A stretch of 37,307 nt of DNA from Roseomonas sp. (GTDB taxonomy: Bacteria > Pseudomonadota > Alphaproteobacteria > Acetobacterales > Acetobacteraceae). How positions within the stretch are numbered: the stretch's first letter is position 1; every line of letters starts with the position of its first letter. Made by a program: the position numbers and the translations under genes. The stretch covers positions 1 through 37,307 of the forward strand of contig JBIKWX010000001.1 of NCBI GenBank assembly GCA_044356095.1, read 5' to 3'. Positions 7,741 through 17,402 of this stretch are shown here, piece after piece. The notes below the pieces were generated by a model that did no database searches, was not told the origin of the DNA, and was given only the letters and a program-made list of their open reading frames with translations.

Positions 7741-8328
7741 TCAACGCTCCGGCCGCTCCACCCGGATGGCGACGGCTTCGGCAATGGCGACATCCACCCG
7801 GTCACCAACGCTCAAGGTCTTCAGAAATTCGCGCAGTTCAGGGGCGCGAACAGCCACCGTACGCTCCACGCGGGATGGGCCGACAAAGCTCACGGTATTG
7901 TTGGCGGTATCCACGGCAGTGATGCGCACCTGGGCGCGGGTCGCGGCGGCGGCGCCGGCGGCGGGGCGGGCACCAGGTTCAGCGCGGGCAGCACCAACCA
8001 CAGTTTCGGGTTCCATCCGGCTGCCACGGGGGGCCATGCGCACGGCCACGGCTTCCTCATAATGCAGCCGCACGCGGTCGCCACGGCGGATTTGATCGAA
8101 ATTGCGGACTTCCGGGCCAAGCTGCAGGGTTTGCGGCTTATTGTCCGGGCCACGCACCACAATGGTCCGGGTACGCGCATCAACGCGGTCCACCGCCGCC
8201 ACCATTTCGCGTGTGGTGGAAGCCACCACGGGCGGTTCCGGGGTAGGCGTGGCGCAGCCGATAAGCGCCAGCAGCGGTAAGGCCAAAAAGGCGCCATGGC
8301 GCAGGCGCGCAGACAGGGTCGCAAACAT
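7741..8328 (-). CDS. Hypothetical lipoprotein with two repeated beta-rich (OB-fold-like) domains
   Basis: Lipobox-like LIGC; repeats VD..TRTIVVRGP...GDRVRLHYEEAVAV and VD..NNTVSFVGP...GDRVDVAIAEAVAI. Confidence 0.7.
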   Translation of the reverse strand: MFATLSARLRHGAFLALPLLALIGCATPTPEPPVVASTTREMVAAVDRVDARTRTIVVRGPDNKPQTLQLGPEVRNFDQIRRGDRVRLHYEEAVAVRMAPRGSRMEPETVVGAARAEPGARPAAGAAAATRAQVRITAVDTANNTVSFVGPSRVERTVAVRAPELREFLKTLSVGDRVDVAIAEAVAIRVERPER

Positions 8329-8410
8329 GATGTGGCTTTCCTTCCTGATTTGCCGTCAATCAAAGGCGGCGGATTAAGGCATGGTTACTTTCGCGCGGCA
8401 ACCGGCACCC

Positions 8411-8920
8411 TCAGGCCGCCCCTTCCTGCCAATAGCCCTGATGCGGCACGGCACCTTCGTCTTCCAGACACGGCCCAACCACCGCGACCTTTTCCGCCGC
8501 GCTGTCCAATACCGCCCGGCAGGATAATGACAGCCCCGCCGTATGCGGCTGCGCATTGCGCAAATGCAGAATGGCACCGGCGGAAAGCCCATAAACCGCG
8601 CGGCCGATGCCGGTATAGAAGATCGCCGCCGAACACATCGCACAGGGCTCGCCCGAGGAATAGATCGTGGCGCGCCGCAGCACATCGCGCGGCAGACCGG
8701 CCCGCAAAACCGCGTGCAGCGCATTCATCTCCGAATGCGCGAGCGTGCCGCCGCCGCCCTTGCCCTGGGTGGACCCGGCCTCGGCCAGCACCTGCCCTTT
8801 CTCATCGGCAATCACTGCGGCGAAGGGGCGATCACCGCGCGCGCGCGCCTCACCAGCCAGTGCAAAGGCGCGGCGGAGCATCGTGGCATCAAGTGCGGAG
8901 AGTTTTTCATCCTCGGCCAT
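8411..8920 (-). CDS. Nucleoside/nucleobase deaminase (cytidine deaminase superfamily)
   Basis: GDRPFAAVI, HSE and SSGEPCAMC zinc motifs; alternative start at 8938. Confidence 0.9.
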   Translation of the reverse strand: MAEDEKLSALDATMLRRAFALAGEARARGDRPFAAVIADEKGQVLAEAGSTQGKGGGGTLAHSEMNALHAVLRAGLPRDVLRRATIYSSGEPCAMCSAAIFYTGIGRAVYGLSAGAILHLRNAQPHTAGLSLSCRAVLDSAAEKVAVVGPCLEDEGAVPHQGYWQEGAA

Positions 8921-8930
8921 ATCGGGCTTC

Positions 8931-11429
8931 CTATTCATTGCGGAGCAACGGTGCCGCCTTGGCACGGAGCGCAAAGGCCGTGCCGGCATAACCGAAGGCA
9001 AGCGTGATGGCCATGCAGGCCAGCACCGTCATCGCCAAAGTGCCCGGCAGAAACACCCAATCCGCGCGCATGACAAAGCGCACCACGCCCCAGGCCGCCG
9101 CCGTGCCTGCCGCTGCTGCCAACAAACCCGCTGTCAGGCCGAGCAGGCCGAATTCCACCAGAAAACTCGCGCGGATTTGCGCACGCGTCGCGCCAATGGT
9201 CTTCAGCACCACGGCATCGCGAATGCGCCGCCTTTGCCCCGCCGCCACCGCGCCCGCCAGCACCAGCAGACCCGCCAGCAAGGTGATGCCCGCCACAGCC
9301 GAAAGCGCGAAGCCGATCTTCTCCAACAACCCCACCACCTGATCCAAGGCATCGCGCACCCGAATGCCCGATACATTCGGGAAGCGATCCGTCAGCAAGC
9401 GCAGCAAGGTCGCTTCCTGCGCCACATCATTGCGCATGGTCGCGATATGCGTATGCGGCGCGGCTGAGAGCAAACCAGGGGACGCCACCAGCACGTAATT
9501 GATGCCAAGCCCGCGCCAGGCGATCTCTCGCAGGCTTGCGATTTTCAGCGTGATATCGCGCCCCAGCACATTCACGGTGATGGTGTCACCAACACCAACC
9601 CCCCAACCGCGCGCGAGTTGCGCATCGAAGGAAACCAAGGGCGGGCCGACATAATCCGCGGGCCACCATTCCCCGGCGGAAAGCCGCGCGCCCTCGGGCG
9701 GGGTCGCGGCATAGGTCAGGCCGCGATCACCGCGCAAGGCCCAGGCGGTCTCGGGCGTTGCATTCACCTGTTCCGCCGGCACGCCATTCACCGCGACAAT
9801 GCGCGCGCGCAGATTGGGCACGCTGCGGATTTCCGTCACACCTGGTTGCGCGCGGGCCAGTGCCTCAAACGCCTGGATCTGATCGGATTGGATATCAATG
9901 AAGTAAAAATTCGGCGCGGCGGCCGGCATTTCATTCGCCAATTGCCGGCGAAGATTGCCTTCAATCAGCGCAATGGCGGCCAGCACCGTGAGCCCGACAC
10001 CAAGCGAAACGAGCATGAGGGGCGTTGGCGCGCCGGGCCGATGCAGATTGGCGAGCCCCAGGCGAAGCGCCGGGCGGCGCGCATGCGGCAAGCGCCGCGC
10101 GAGGGCCATCAGCGCCGCAGCACCAAGGCGGAACAGCAAGAGCGTGCCAATCACCGCGACGATAAACCCAGCCGCAAAGCGCGGGTTCTCTGCCGTACCA
10201 ATCACCAAAGCAGAAAGTGCGCCTGCCGCCGCCAGGATCGCCGCCAGAATGCCAAGGCTTGGCCTGCCACCGCTTGGCGCCACCACATCCCGAAACAGCG
10301 CCGCGCCCGGAATGCTGCCCGCCCGCCCCAGCGGCCATAGCGTGAAGGCAAGCGCCGTCAGCAGGCCATAAGCCGCCGCCATGATCAGCGGCGCCGGATA
10401 GGGCAGAATGCGCGGCGCCACCGGCAGAATGGAAGCGAGCGCCGCCGCCCCCGCCCAGGTTAGCGCAAAGCCAATCACCAAGCCAAGCGCAATGCCAAGC
10501 AGCGCAAGCGCCATTACCTGCACCAGATAGGTCAGGAAAATCAGCGCTGGCGGCGCGCCAAGACAACGGAGCGTTGCAATGGTGCGCGCGCGTTGCTCCA
10601 GCCAGGCCGATACGCCGGTCGCAATGCCAATCCCGCCCACCAGCAGCGCCGTCAGGCTCGCCAGCGTCAGGAAAAACGCCGCGCGATCCAGGAAGCGATT
10701 GACGCCGGGGGCCGCGACATCAGAACTGCGTATCCGCCAGCCGCTTTCCGGAAAATCGCGCCGCAGATCAGCAATAAAGCGCTGCCGATCCACGCCCGGC
10801 GGCAGCGCCAGCCGGTATTCATAGGTCACGAGACTGCCCGGCTGAATGAGCCGCGTTGCGTCCAAAGACGCCAAGGCAATCATGGCGCGCGGCCCAAGCA
10901 AGGAGGGGCTGGCGACCTTATCCGGTTCCTGCGTGATGGTGGCGCGGAAGGTCAGGCGTGCTTCGCCAATGCGGAGCACTGCACCGGGTGCGATGCCAAG
11001 CCTTTCGGCAATGAAAGGATCAAGCAGGATATCACCAACACCAAGCGCGACCGGCGGTTGCACTTCAAGCGTGCCGAAAAGCGGATAGGCGCCATCAACC
11101 GCCTTCACCTCCACCAGCATGCGCTGGCCCGATTCCGCCACCGCCATGGCGCGCAAAGTCACCACTTCCGAAACCCGCGCGCCACGAGCCGCCAACCAGG
11201 CACGCGGCGCCTCCGCCAAAGGCCGGTAGGGGGAGGCGATTTCAACATCACCCCCCAGAATCCGGGCCCCATCGGCGGCAAGCCCGGCATCCACGCCGGC
11301 GCGCAGCGTGCCGACAGCGGTGATCGCCGCAACGCCAAGTGCAAGGCAGGCCAGCACAATGCGCAAGCCGCGCAAACCACCGCGCAATTCGCGCCGCGCA
11401 ATCCTGAAGGCGAGTGACAAATTGCTCAC
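8931..11429 (-). CDS. ABC transporter permease, YbbP/FtsX-like
   Basis: ARRELRGG, LACLALGVAAI, IATLRCLGA, PNFYFIDIQ, VLKTIGATR; two FtsX halves. Confidence 0.92.
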   Translation of the reverse strand: MSNLSLAFRIARRELRGGLRGLRIVLACLALGVAAITAVGTLRAGVDAGLAADGARILGGDVEIASPYRPLAEAPRAWLAARGARVSEVVTLRAMAVAESGQRMLVEVKAVDGAYPLFGTLEVQPPVALGVGDILLDPFIAERLGIAPGAVLRIGEARLTFRATITQEPDKVASPSLLGPRAMIALASLDATRLIQPGSLVTYEYRLALPPGVDRQRFIADLRRDFPESGWRIRSSDVAAPGVNRFLDRAAFFLTLASLTALLVGGIGIATGVSAWLEQRARTIATLRCLGAPPALIFLTYLVQVMALALLGIALGLVIGFALTWAGAAALASILPVAPRILPYPAPLIMAAAYGLLTALAFTLWPLGRAGSIPGAALFRDVVAPSGGRPSLGILAAILAAAGALSALVIGTAENPRFAAGFIVAVIGTLLLFRLGAAALMALARRLPHARRPALRLGLANLHRPGAPTPLMLVSLGVGLTVLAAIALIEGNLRRQLANEMPAAAPNFYFIDIQSDQIQAFEALARAQPGVTEIRSVPNLRARIVAVNGVPAEQVNATPETAWALRGDRGLTYAATPPEGARLSAGEWWPADYVGPPLVSFDAQLARGWGVGVGDTITVNVLGRDITLKIASLREIAWRGLGINYVLVASPGLLSAAPHTHIATMRNDVAQEATLLRLLTDRFPNVSGIRVRDALDQVVGLLEKIGFALSAVAGITLLAGLLVLAGAVAAGQRRRIRDAVVLKTIGATRAQIRASFLVEFGLLGLTAGLLAAAAGTAAAWGVVRFVMRADWVFLPGTLAMTVLACMAITLAFGYAGTAFALRAKAAPLLRNE

Positions 11430-12154
11430 GCCGCCACCCTGTGATCCGCGACAATCAGCCCATCTTCAATGCGCAATTGCCGTGGGCAGCGCGCCGCCAG
11501 CGCGGGGTCATGGGTGATCAGCAATAGTGTGGTGCCAAGCCGCGCGCGCAAATCGAAAAGCAGCGCCATGACTTCCTCACCCTTGGCGCGATCAAGGTTC
11601 CCCGTGGGTTCATCGGCCAGCAGCAAGCCCGGTTCCGCAACAAAGGCGCGCGCCAGCGCAACGCGTTGCTGTTCACCGCCCGAAAGCTGCGCCGGGTAAT
11701 GGCCCAGGCGATGCCCAAGCCCGACGGCGCGCAAGGCTTCCGCCGCACGATCAAAAGCATCGCGCCGGCCCGCAAATTCCAAGGGCACCGCGACGTTTTC
11801 CAGCGCCGTCATGGTCGGGATCAAATGAAAGGCCTGAAAGACAATGCCGAGCCGTTCGCGCCGGAAACGCGCCAGCGCGTCTTCCTCCATGGCGCCGATA
11901 TCCGCGCCATCAATCAACAACGTGCCGGATGTCGGGCGTTCCAACCCGGCCAGCAGCATCAGCAGGCTGGTCTTGCCGGAACCTGAGGGGCCGACGATCC
12001 CCACCGCCTCCCCCGCCGCGACTTGCAAATCAAGGCCGCGGAGGATGTTGATCTCACCCTCCCCCGCCCTCACCTTGAAGCCAAGGCCGCGCGCTTCGAT
12101 CAGGGGTTTGGTGACCCCGGCGCTGGGCATTTCGGGGACGTGAAGGGCATCCAT
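11426..12154 (-). CDS. ABC transporter ATP-binding protein, YbbA-like
   Basis: GPSGSGKT, LSGGEQQRV, LLADEPTGNLD, ITHD; start may be at 12130. Confidence 0.93.
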   Translation of the reverse strand: MDALHVPEMPSAGVTKPLIEARGLGFKVRAGEGEINILRGLDLQVAAGEAVGIVGPSGSGKTSLLMLLAGLERPTSGTLLIDGADIGAMEEDALARFRRERLGIVFQAFHLIPTMTALENVAVPLEFAGRRDAFDRAAEALRAVGLGHRLGHYPAQLSGGEQQRVALARAFVAEPGLLLADEPTGNLDRAKGEEVMALLFDLRARLGTTLLLITHDPALAARCPRQLRIEDGLIVADHRVAA

Positions 12155-12821
12155 GGTATCACAAAGCTCCTATCCTGCCCGCGCATATGGTCGCAGATGG
12201 CTCTGGCGCCAATCGCTGGGGCTGCTGGCGCTTGGGGCTTTGCCGGCACAGGCGGCGGAAATCCGGCTGATGATGCTGGGGGATTCGATTACCGCCGGGT
12301 ATGGGCTGGCGCGCGGGGATGCTCTCCCGGCCAGGCTGGAAGCAGCCCTGCGCGCCAAAGGCCGAGCTGTCCGCGTGATTGATGCCGGGGTTTCCGGCGA
12401 TACCACAGCGGGCGGGCGGGCCAGGCTGGATTGGGCTTTGGCTGAGAATCCCCATGCGGTGATTGTGGCGCTTGGCGGGAATGATGGGCTCCGCGCGCTG
12501 GAACCCCGCGCCAGCCGGGCCAATCTGGCGGCAATTCTGGATGCCCTGGCCGCAAAACGCCTGCCCACCATGTTCGCCGGGATGCTGGCGCCGCCCAATC
12601 TCGGCGCCGAGTATGGGCGGGAATTCGCCGCCAGTTTCAGTGACTTGGCCCGCGAGAGGCCCGGCGTGGTCTTCTACCCCTTCCTGCTGGAGGGGGTGGC
12701 GGGTGATCTTTCGCTCAATCAACCGGACGGCATTCACCCAAATGTCGCTGGCGTCGAGGAGATGGTTCGTCGCATGCTACCCTATGTCGATTCGCTGCTG
12801 GGGAAGGTTGCTGCCCCTTAA
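12153..12821 (+). CDS. tesA: Arylesterase/acyl-CoA thioesterase I (SGNH/GDSL, TesA-like)
   Basis: GDSITAGYG, AGVSGDTT, LGGNDGLR, QPDGIHPN; divergent from the ybbA-like gene as in E. coli. Confidence 0.88.
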   Translation: MVSQSSYPARAYGRRWLWRQSLGLLALGALPAQAAEIRLMMLGDSITAGYGLARGDALPARLEAALRAKGRAVRVIDAGVSGDTTAGGRARLDWALAENPHAVIVALGGNDGLRALEPRASRANLAAILDALAAKRLPTMFAGMLAPPNLGAEYGREFAASFSDLARERPGVVFYPFLLEGVAGDLSLNQPDGIHPNVAGVEEMVRRMLPYVDSLLGKVAAP

Positions 12822-12856
12822 GCGAGCCGCCGGACCGCACCAGGAGGGCCCCCGCC

Positions 12857-13408
12857 ATGCTGCGTCTTTTTGTCGCCCTTGCCTTGCCGGCCACACTCCG
12901 GGCGGAAATCGCGGGGCTTGCGGGGGGCATTCCCGGCGCGCGCTGGGTGCCGCCCGAGAATTACCATCTGACGCTCCGCTTCATTGGTGAGATCGAGCCC
13001 TGGCGCGCGCAGGAAGTGGATGACGCGCTGGCGGCGATCCGCGCGCGGCCCTTCACCTTGCAGCTTGCCGGCGTTGGCACGTTTGAGAAAGCCGGGCGCA
13101 TCCAATCGCTTTGGGTGGGTGCCGAGCGTAATGACGCGCTGACCCATTTGCAGACCAAGGTGGAAACTGCCTTGCAACGCGTGGGCCTGGCGCCGGAACG
13201 CAAGCGCTTTTCGCCGCATGTGACCTTGGCACGCACGGACCGCGCTGCGCCGGAAAAGCTGATGGCCTTTGTGCAGGCGTATAATTTGTTCCGCGCGACG
13301 CCGGTGGAGGTTGAGCATTTCACGCTGTTTTCTTCCCGCTTGGGGAAGGAGGCTTCGGTCTATACGCCGGAAGTGGATTACGATTTGGTGGCAAGGGTGG
13401 CGGCGTAA
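12857..13408 (+). CDS. thpR: RNA 2',3'-cyclic phosphodiesterase (2H family)
   Basis: MLRLFVAL, two HxT motifs (YHLTLRF, PHVTLAR); SD AGGAGG. Confidence 0.92.
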   Translation: MLRLFVALALPATLRAEIAGLAGGIPGARWVPPENYHLTLRFIGEIEPWRAQEVDDALAAIRARPFTLQLAGVGTFEKAGRIQSLWVGAERNDALTHLQTKVETALQRVGLAPERKRFSPHVTLARTDRAAPEKLMAFVQAYNLFRATPVEVEHFTLFSSRLGKEASVYTPEVDYDLVARVAA

Positions 13409-13453
13409 CTGCCTCTCTTGGCATCCGCTGGCCACCAGATTAAGCATGTGCTC

Positions 13454-14038
13454 GTGAAACGCCCCGCCACCCTGCTCACGCGCCTGATTGCGGCATTGCT
13501 CCTGGTGCAAACCGTATTGGCACCGGCGCGTTGCCTTGCCCATGCGGCAAGCGCGGGGATGGCGACGGTTATCTGCTCCCCGGATGGGGATCGCACCGTG
13601 CATCTGGGGCCGGGCGGGGAAGAATTGCCCGCGCCCGAAGCCCATAGCGGCTTCTGCCTCGCCTGCCATGCCCTGCCGCAGGCTGATATCCCCGCCGCGC
13701 CCCTGCTTTCCACCCCGGCGGAACCCGGCGCCGCGATCCTCTGGTTCGCCGCTGGCGATACCGGCTGGCGCCCGGCGGCGCGCGCGCCGCCTTACGACCC
13801 GACAGGTCCCCCAACCATCTACAGAGGCCGCCCGAATGCGGGTGGCCAAAAGCCGTCCCGTCATTCGACCTCAGGAGATATTTCGTGTTCCACATCCATC
13901 ATGCGCGGCTTTTCGCCGCCGCTGCCGCCTTGGCGGCCAGCGCCTTTACAGCACAGGCGCAAACCAGCCCCCCGGCCACGCCCAGCGCCACGCTGCCGCC
14001 CACCATCGTCACCGCCGCCCCCATTGCGGGCAGCCTGA
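13454..14038 (+). CDS. DUF2946/CruR-like upstream regulatory ORF
   Basis: N-terminal hydrophobic segment, VICSPDG, CLACH (13655-13669), RAPP (13781-13792) then TGPP; directly upstream of a TonB-dependent receptor. The conserved-looking part ends near 13822. Confidence 0.8.
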   Translation: MKRPATLLTRLIAALLLVQTVLAPARCLAHAASAGMATVICSPDGDRTVHLGPGGEELPAPEAHSGFCLACHALPQADIPAAPLLSTPAEPGAAILWFAAGDTGWRPAARAPPYDPTGPPTIYRGRPNAGGQKPSRHSTSGDISCSTSIMRGFSPPLPPWRPAPLQHRRKPAPRPRPAPRCRPPSSPPPPLRAA

Positions 14039-15972
14039 CCCGGCCATCCGATGAAGAAGCCGCCGAGGAAGCGCGCCGCAACCCCGGCAATGTCACCATC
14101 GTCCCGGCCAGTGATTTCCGCGACAGGGCGGGGGCGACCACCATCCGCGATATGCTGCTGTACACGCCCGGCGTCTTTGCCGAGCCGAAATGGGGCGAGG
14201 ATTCCAGGCTTTCCATTCGCGGTTCAGGTGTTGCGCGTAATTTCCACCTGCGCGGCGTGCGGCTTTTCCAGGATGGGCTTTCCATCAATCAGGCCGATGG
14301 CAGCGGGGATTTCCAGGAATTGGACCCGCTGACCTTCCAGCGGGTTGAGGTCCTGCGGGGCGCCAATGCCTTTGCGCTTGGCGCCAATACGCTTGGCGGG
14401 GCGTTGAATTTCATCACGCCAACCGGGCGCACCGCCCCTGGCACCATCCTGCGCGGGGAAGGCGGTTCTTATGGCTTTGCGCGTGGTCAGGTGGCGCATG
14501 GCTGGGCGCAGGGTGCGCATGATGCCTGGGCGAGCTTTAGCGGCATGACCCAGGAAGGCTATCGGGATCACAGCGCCGGGCGCGCCTATCGCCTGAATGG
14601 CAATACCGGCTGGCAATGGGCGGATAATGCGGAAACGCGCATTTTCATCGCCTATAACAATATCTGGCAGCAGATTCCGGGTGCGGTGACGCGGAGCCAA
14701 GCGCTGAATAATCCGCGCGCGGCGGCCACGGCCAATCTGGTCGGCAATTACATGCGCAATGTCGAAGCGACCCGCATCGGCACCGTCACCGCCATTCGTC
14801 CGGAAGAAGGCGTGCTGGTCGAAGCCGGCGGCGGTTTCGTCAATCGCGAATTGGATCACCCGATCTTTCAATATATTGATCAACGCACGGCGGATGTATC
14901 TGGCTTCGGCCGCGTGACGCTGGAACGGCAAATCGCCGGCATGGAAAACCGTACCGTCATGGGCGCAAATGCGGGTTCGGGGCGCATTCGTGCCCGGCGC
15001 TTCAATAATGTGGGCGGGCATGCTGGCACCACCATGACGGCCAATTCCATCGATAGGGCCACGAATCTTGACGCCTATCTGGAAAATAGCCTTGAAGTCG
15101 TTCCGGGGCTTGCGCTGATTGCGGGGGCGTCCGGCGGCAAGGCCACGCGCGAAAGTGAAGATAGCTTCCTGAAGGATGGCAATAATTCCGGCAGCGGGGA
15201 TTGGACCTGGATCAATCCCCGCTTTGGCGTGCTTTGGCAGGCGGCGGAAGGCGCCCAGGTTTTCGGCAACCTGTCCTGGACAACGGAACCGCCCACGCTT
15301 TCTGACCTGACGCCGCTGACCACCGCTGGCGGTTTTTCGCTGCTGGACGCGCAGCGCAGCGCAACTTTGGAAATCGGCTCACGCGGCAAGCGCGGCGACA
15401 TCACCTGGGAAGTCGCCGCCTATCATTCCCGCCTGCGTGATGAAATCCAGTTGCAGAATGTGGGCGCCAGTATGAATCAGGCGCGCAATCTGGACCGCAC
15501 CATCCATCAGGGCATTGAAGCCGGGGCGGATTGGGTATTCCTGCGCGATATCGGCGCGAAAGGAGATCGGTTGAGCTTCCGCCCCGCCTATACCTTCAGC
15601 GATTTCCGCTTTGATGGTGATGCCACCTTCAAGGATAATGAACTCCCCGGCGTGCCGCGGCATTTGTTCCGGGCAGAGATACGCTACCGCCACCCCTCTG
15701 GCGCCTGGTTCGGGCCGACCACGGATTGGGTGCCGCAAGCCTATTACGTGGACAATGCAAATACGCAAAAGACCGATAGCTATGTGCTGTTTGGTCTGCG
15801 CGCCGGCTGGGATTTCGAAAACGGGCTTTCGGCTTTCCTGGAAGCCCGCAATCTGGGCGATACGCGCTACATCGCCTCAGCCTCTGTCGCGGCGGTCGCC
15901 AATGCCAATTCCGCGCTTTACGAACCCGGCACGGGACGCGCTGTCTTTGCCGGCCTGCAATATCGCTTCTGA
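13885..15972 (+). CDS. TonB-dependent outer-membrane receptor (copper-related context)
   Basis: Signal peptide, LPPTIVTA TonB-box-like segment, plug LSIRGSG...RVEVLRGANA, NLGDTRY, C-terminal LQYRF; SD AGGAGA before GTG. Confidence 0.93.
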   Translation: MFHIHHARLFAAAAALAASAFTAQAQTSPPATPSATLPPTIVTAAPIAGSLTRPSDEEAAEEARRNPGNVTIVPASDFRDRAGATTIRDMLLYTPGVFAEPKWGEDSRLSIRGSGVARNFHLRGVRLFQDGLSINQADGSGDFQELDPLTFQRVEVLRGANAFALGANTLGGALNFITPTGRTAPGTILRGEGGSYGFARGQVAHGWAQGAHDAWASFSGMTQEGYRDHSAGRAYRLNGNTGWQWADNAETRIFIAYNNIWQQIPGAVTRSQALNNPRAAATANLVGNYMRNVEATRIGTVTAIRPEEGVLVEAGGGFVNRELDHPIFQYIDQRTADVSGFGRVTLERQIAGMENRTVMGANAGSGRIRARRFNNVGGHAGTTMTANSIDRATNLDAYLENSLEVVPGLALIAGASGGKATRESEDSFLKDGNNSGSGDWTWINPRFGVLWQAAEGAQVFGNLSWTTEPPTLSDLTPLTTAGGFSLLDAQRSATLEIGSRGKRGDITWEVAAYHSRLRDEIQLQNVGASMNQARNLDRTIHQGIEAGADWVFLRDIGAKGDRLSFRPAYTFSDFRFDGDATFKDNELPGVPRHLFRAEIRYRHPSGAWFGPTTDWVPQAYYVDNANTQKTDSYVLFGLRAGWDFENGLSAFLEARNLGDTRYIASASVAAVANANSALYEPGTGRAVFAGLQYRF

Positions 15973-15988
15973 GGGAAGGTTTCGCATC

Positions 15989-16513
15989 ATGAAGAAGTTT
16001 CTTGTTCTTGCTGCGCTGCTGCTCGCCACGCCGGCGGCAGCGCATGTCACCATTGACCCGCCCCAGGCCCAGGCCAATGGCTATTTGCGCGCGGCGTTTC
16101 GTGTGCCGCATGGCTGCGGCCAGCAGGCCACCATCCGCGTGACCGTGACGCTGCCGGAAGGCACCACCACCGCGCGGCCCATGCCGAAGGCCGGTTGGCG
16201 CATCGCCATCACGCGCCAACCACTCGCCACCCCGGTTTCCGATGGCCATGGCGGCATGATCACCCACGCGATCACCCAGATCATCTGGGAAGGCGGCCCG
16301 CTGCCCAATGAACATTATGATGAATTCGTCATTCACATGCGCACGCCGAACCGCCCTGATGAAACCATCTGGATCCCAACGGTGCAGCATTGCGATGGCG
16401 GCGGCACCGCCGCTTGGGTAGAAATCCCCGAAGCCGGGCGGCGCATCACCGATTACCGCTTCCCCGCGCCGTCGCTTCGCCTGACCCCACCCCGCACTGC
16501 CGGAGGCCATTGA
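15989..16513 (+). CDS. YcnI/DUF1775 family copper-binding protein
   Basis: AAA|HVT N-terminal His, FRVPHGC, PMPKAGW, YDEF, W.EIP, PAP. Confidence 0.88.
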   Translation: MKKFLVLAALLLATPAAAHVTIDPPQAQANGYLRAAFRVPHGCGQQATIRVTVTLPEGTTTARPMPKAGWRIAITRQPLATPVSDGHGGMITHAITQIIWEGGPLPNEHYDEFVIHMRTPNRPDETIWIPTVQHCDGGGTAAWVEIPEAGRRITDYRFPAPSLRLTPPRTAGGH

Positions 16514-16516
16514 CCC

Positions 16517-16882
16517 ATGCACCCCATGCTGAAAACCCTGCCGCTGGCTGCCCTGCTGCTGGCCGCACCCCCCTTGGCGCGCGCCTGCGATATGGAAGCG
16601 ATCAATGCGGAAATGACCACGATTTGCCTGGGCGCGCTCAACCCGACCCGCGCCGCGGCTGAAGCGATCATGGCGCAACTGCCTCCGGCGGAAAAAACCA
16701 CCCTGGCAGCCGCACTCGCCCGCGCCGGCGATGCCTGCGAAACCGGCGACCCCGCCCAGGGCGCTCGGGAGGCCGCCGGCATTATGCGCCTGGTTGGTCA
16801 TCTCGAAGCCCGGCTGGGCCTGGCCCCACCCCCCCTCACGCTGCAAAGGCTGGGCGGCATTGCCCCCGCGCCGCGCGGCTGA
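16517..16882 (+). CDS. Hypothetical secreted helical protein with Cys/Met residues
   Basis: Signal peptide, then CDMEAINAEMTTIC...DAC; fills the gap between the YcnI and PCuAC genes with 3-nt spacing. Confidence 0.7.
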   Translation: MHPMLKTLPLAALLLAAPPLARACDMEAINAEMTTICLGALNPTRAAAEAIMAQLPPAEKTTLAAALARAGDACETGDPAQGAREAAGIMRLVGHLEARLGLAPPPLTLQRLGGIAPAPRG

Positions 16883-16907
16883 AACCCTTGAAAAGAAGGA
16901 AAACCCA

Positions 16908-17375
16908 GTGCCCTGCCTGAACCGCCGCGCCCTTGGCGCCCTGATCCTGGCCCTGCCGGCCTCCGCCGCGCTGGCGCATCATGATGTCACCAAGGGTGAT
17001 ATCACCATCGGCCATCCCTGGACCCGTGCCGCCAGCGCCAATGCCAATGGCGCGGGCTTTCTGACGCTCCGCAATACTGGCGCGGCGCCTGATCGGCTGG
17101 TCTCCGCCGCCAGCCCCGCCGCGCGCGTGGTGGAACTCCATACCCATATCCGGGAAGGCGATGTCATGCGCATGCGCCCCGTCGCGGATATCCCGGTCCC
17201 GCCCGGCCAGACCGTACATCTCCGCCCCGGCGGGATGCATATCATGCTGATTGGCCTGACCGAACCGCTGCGCCAGGGGGGCAGCGTGCCGCTGACCCTA
17301 CGGTTCGAAAGGGCCGGGGAAGTGCAGGTCATCCTCAGCGTTGAATCCGCCGGCGCCCGCGGTCACGCCCATTGA
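16908..17375 (+). CDS. Copper chaperone PCu(A)C (DUF461)
   Basis: HPWTRA, ELHTH...VMRMR...PGGMHIML; AAGGA before GTG 16908; His-rich ends. Confidence 0.93.
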   Translation: MPCLNRRALGALILALPASAALAHHDVTKGDITIGHPWTRAASANANGAGFLTLRNTGAAPDRLVSAASPAARVVELHTHIREGDVMRMRPVADIPVPPGQTVHLRPGGMHIMLIGLTEPLRQGGSVPLTLRFERAGEVQVILSVESAGARGHAH

Positions 17376-17402
17376 CCTTAAGTTCGAAAGGTAGATCCTC
17401 CC

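Noticed and set aside
13655-13669. CLACH as a c-type heme attachment site
   Set aside because: It fits the CxxC metal-sensing motif of DUF2946 in context (TM, RAPP, upstream of a TBDR); no cytochrome-like fold around it.
12818-13864. 348-aa minus-strand ORF (and similar long antisense ORFs at 15629-16846, 18461-19417, 21198-22355, 23334-24740, 25504-26613, 34516-35688)
   Set aside because: Shadow frames of well-supported genes in high-GC DNA; Arg/Pro/Ala-rich with no recognisable motifs.
13885-15972. Calling the receptor OprC/NosA or MbnT
   Set aside because: No CxxxM/HxM site and no N-terminal extension; subfamily cannot be assigned without a search.
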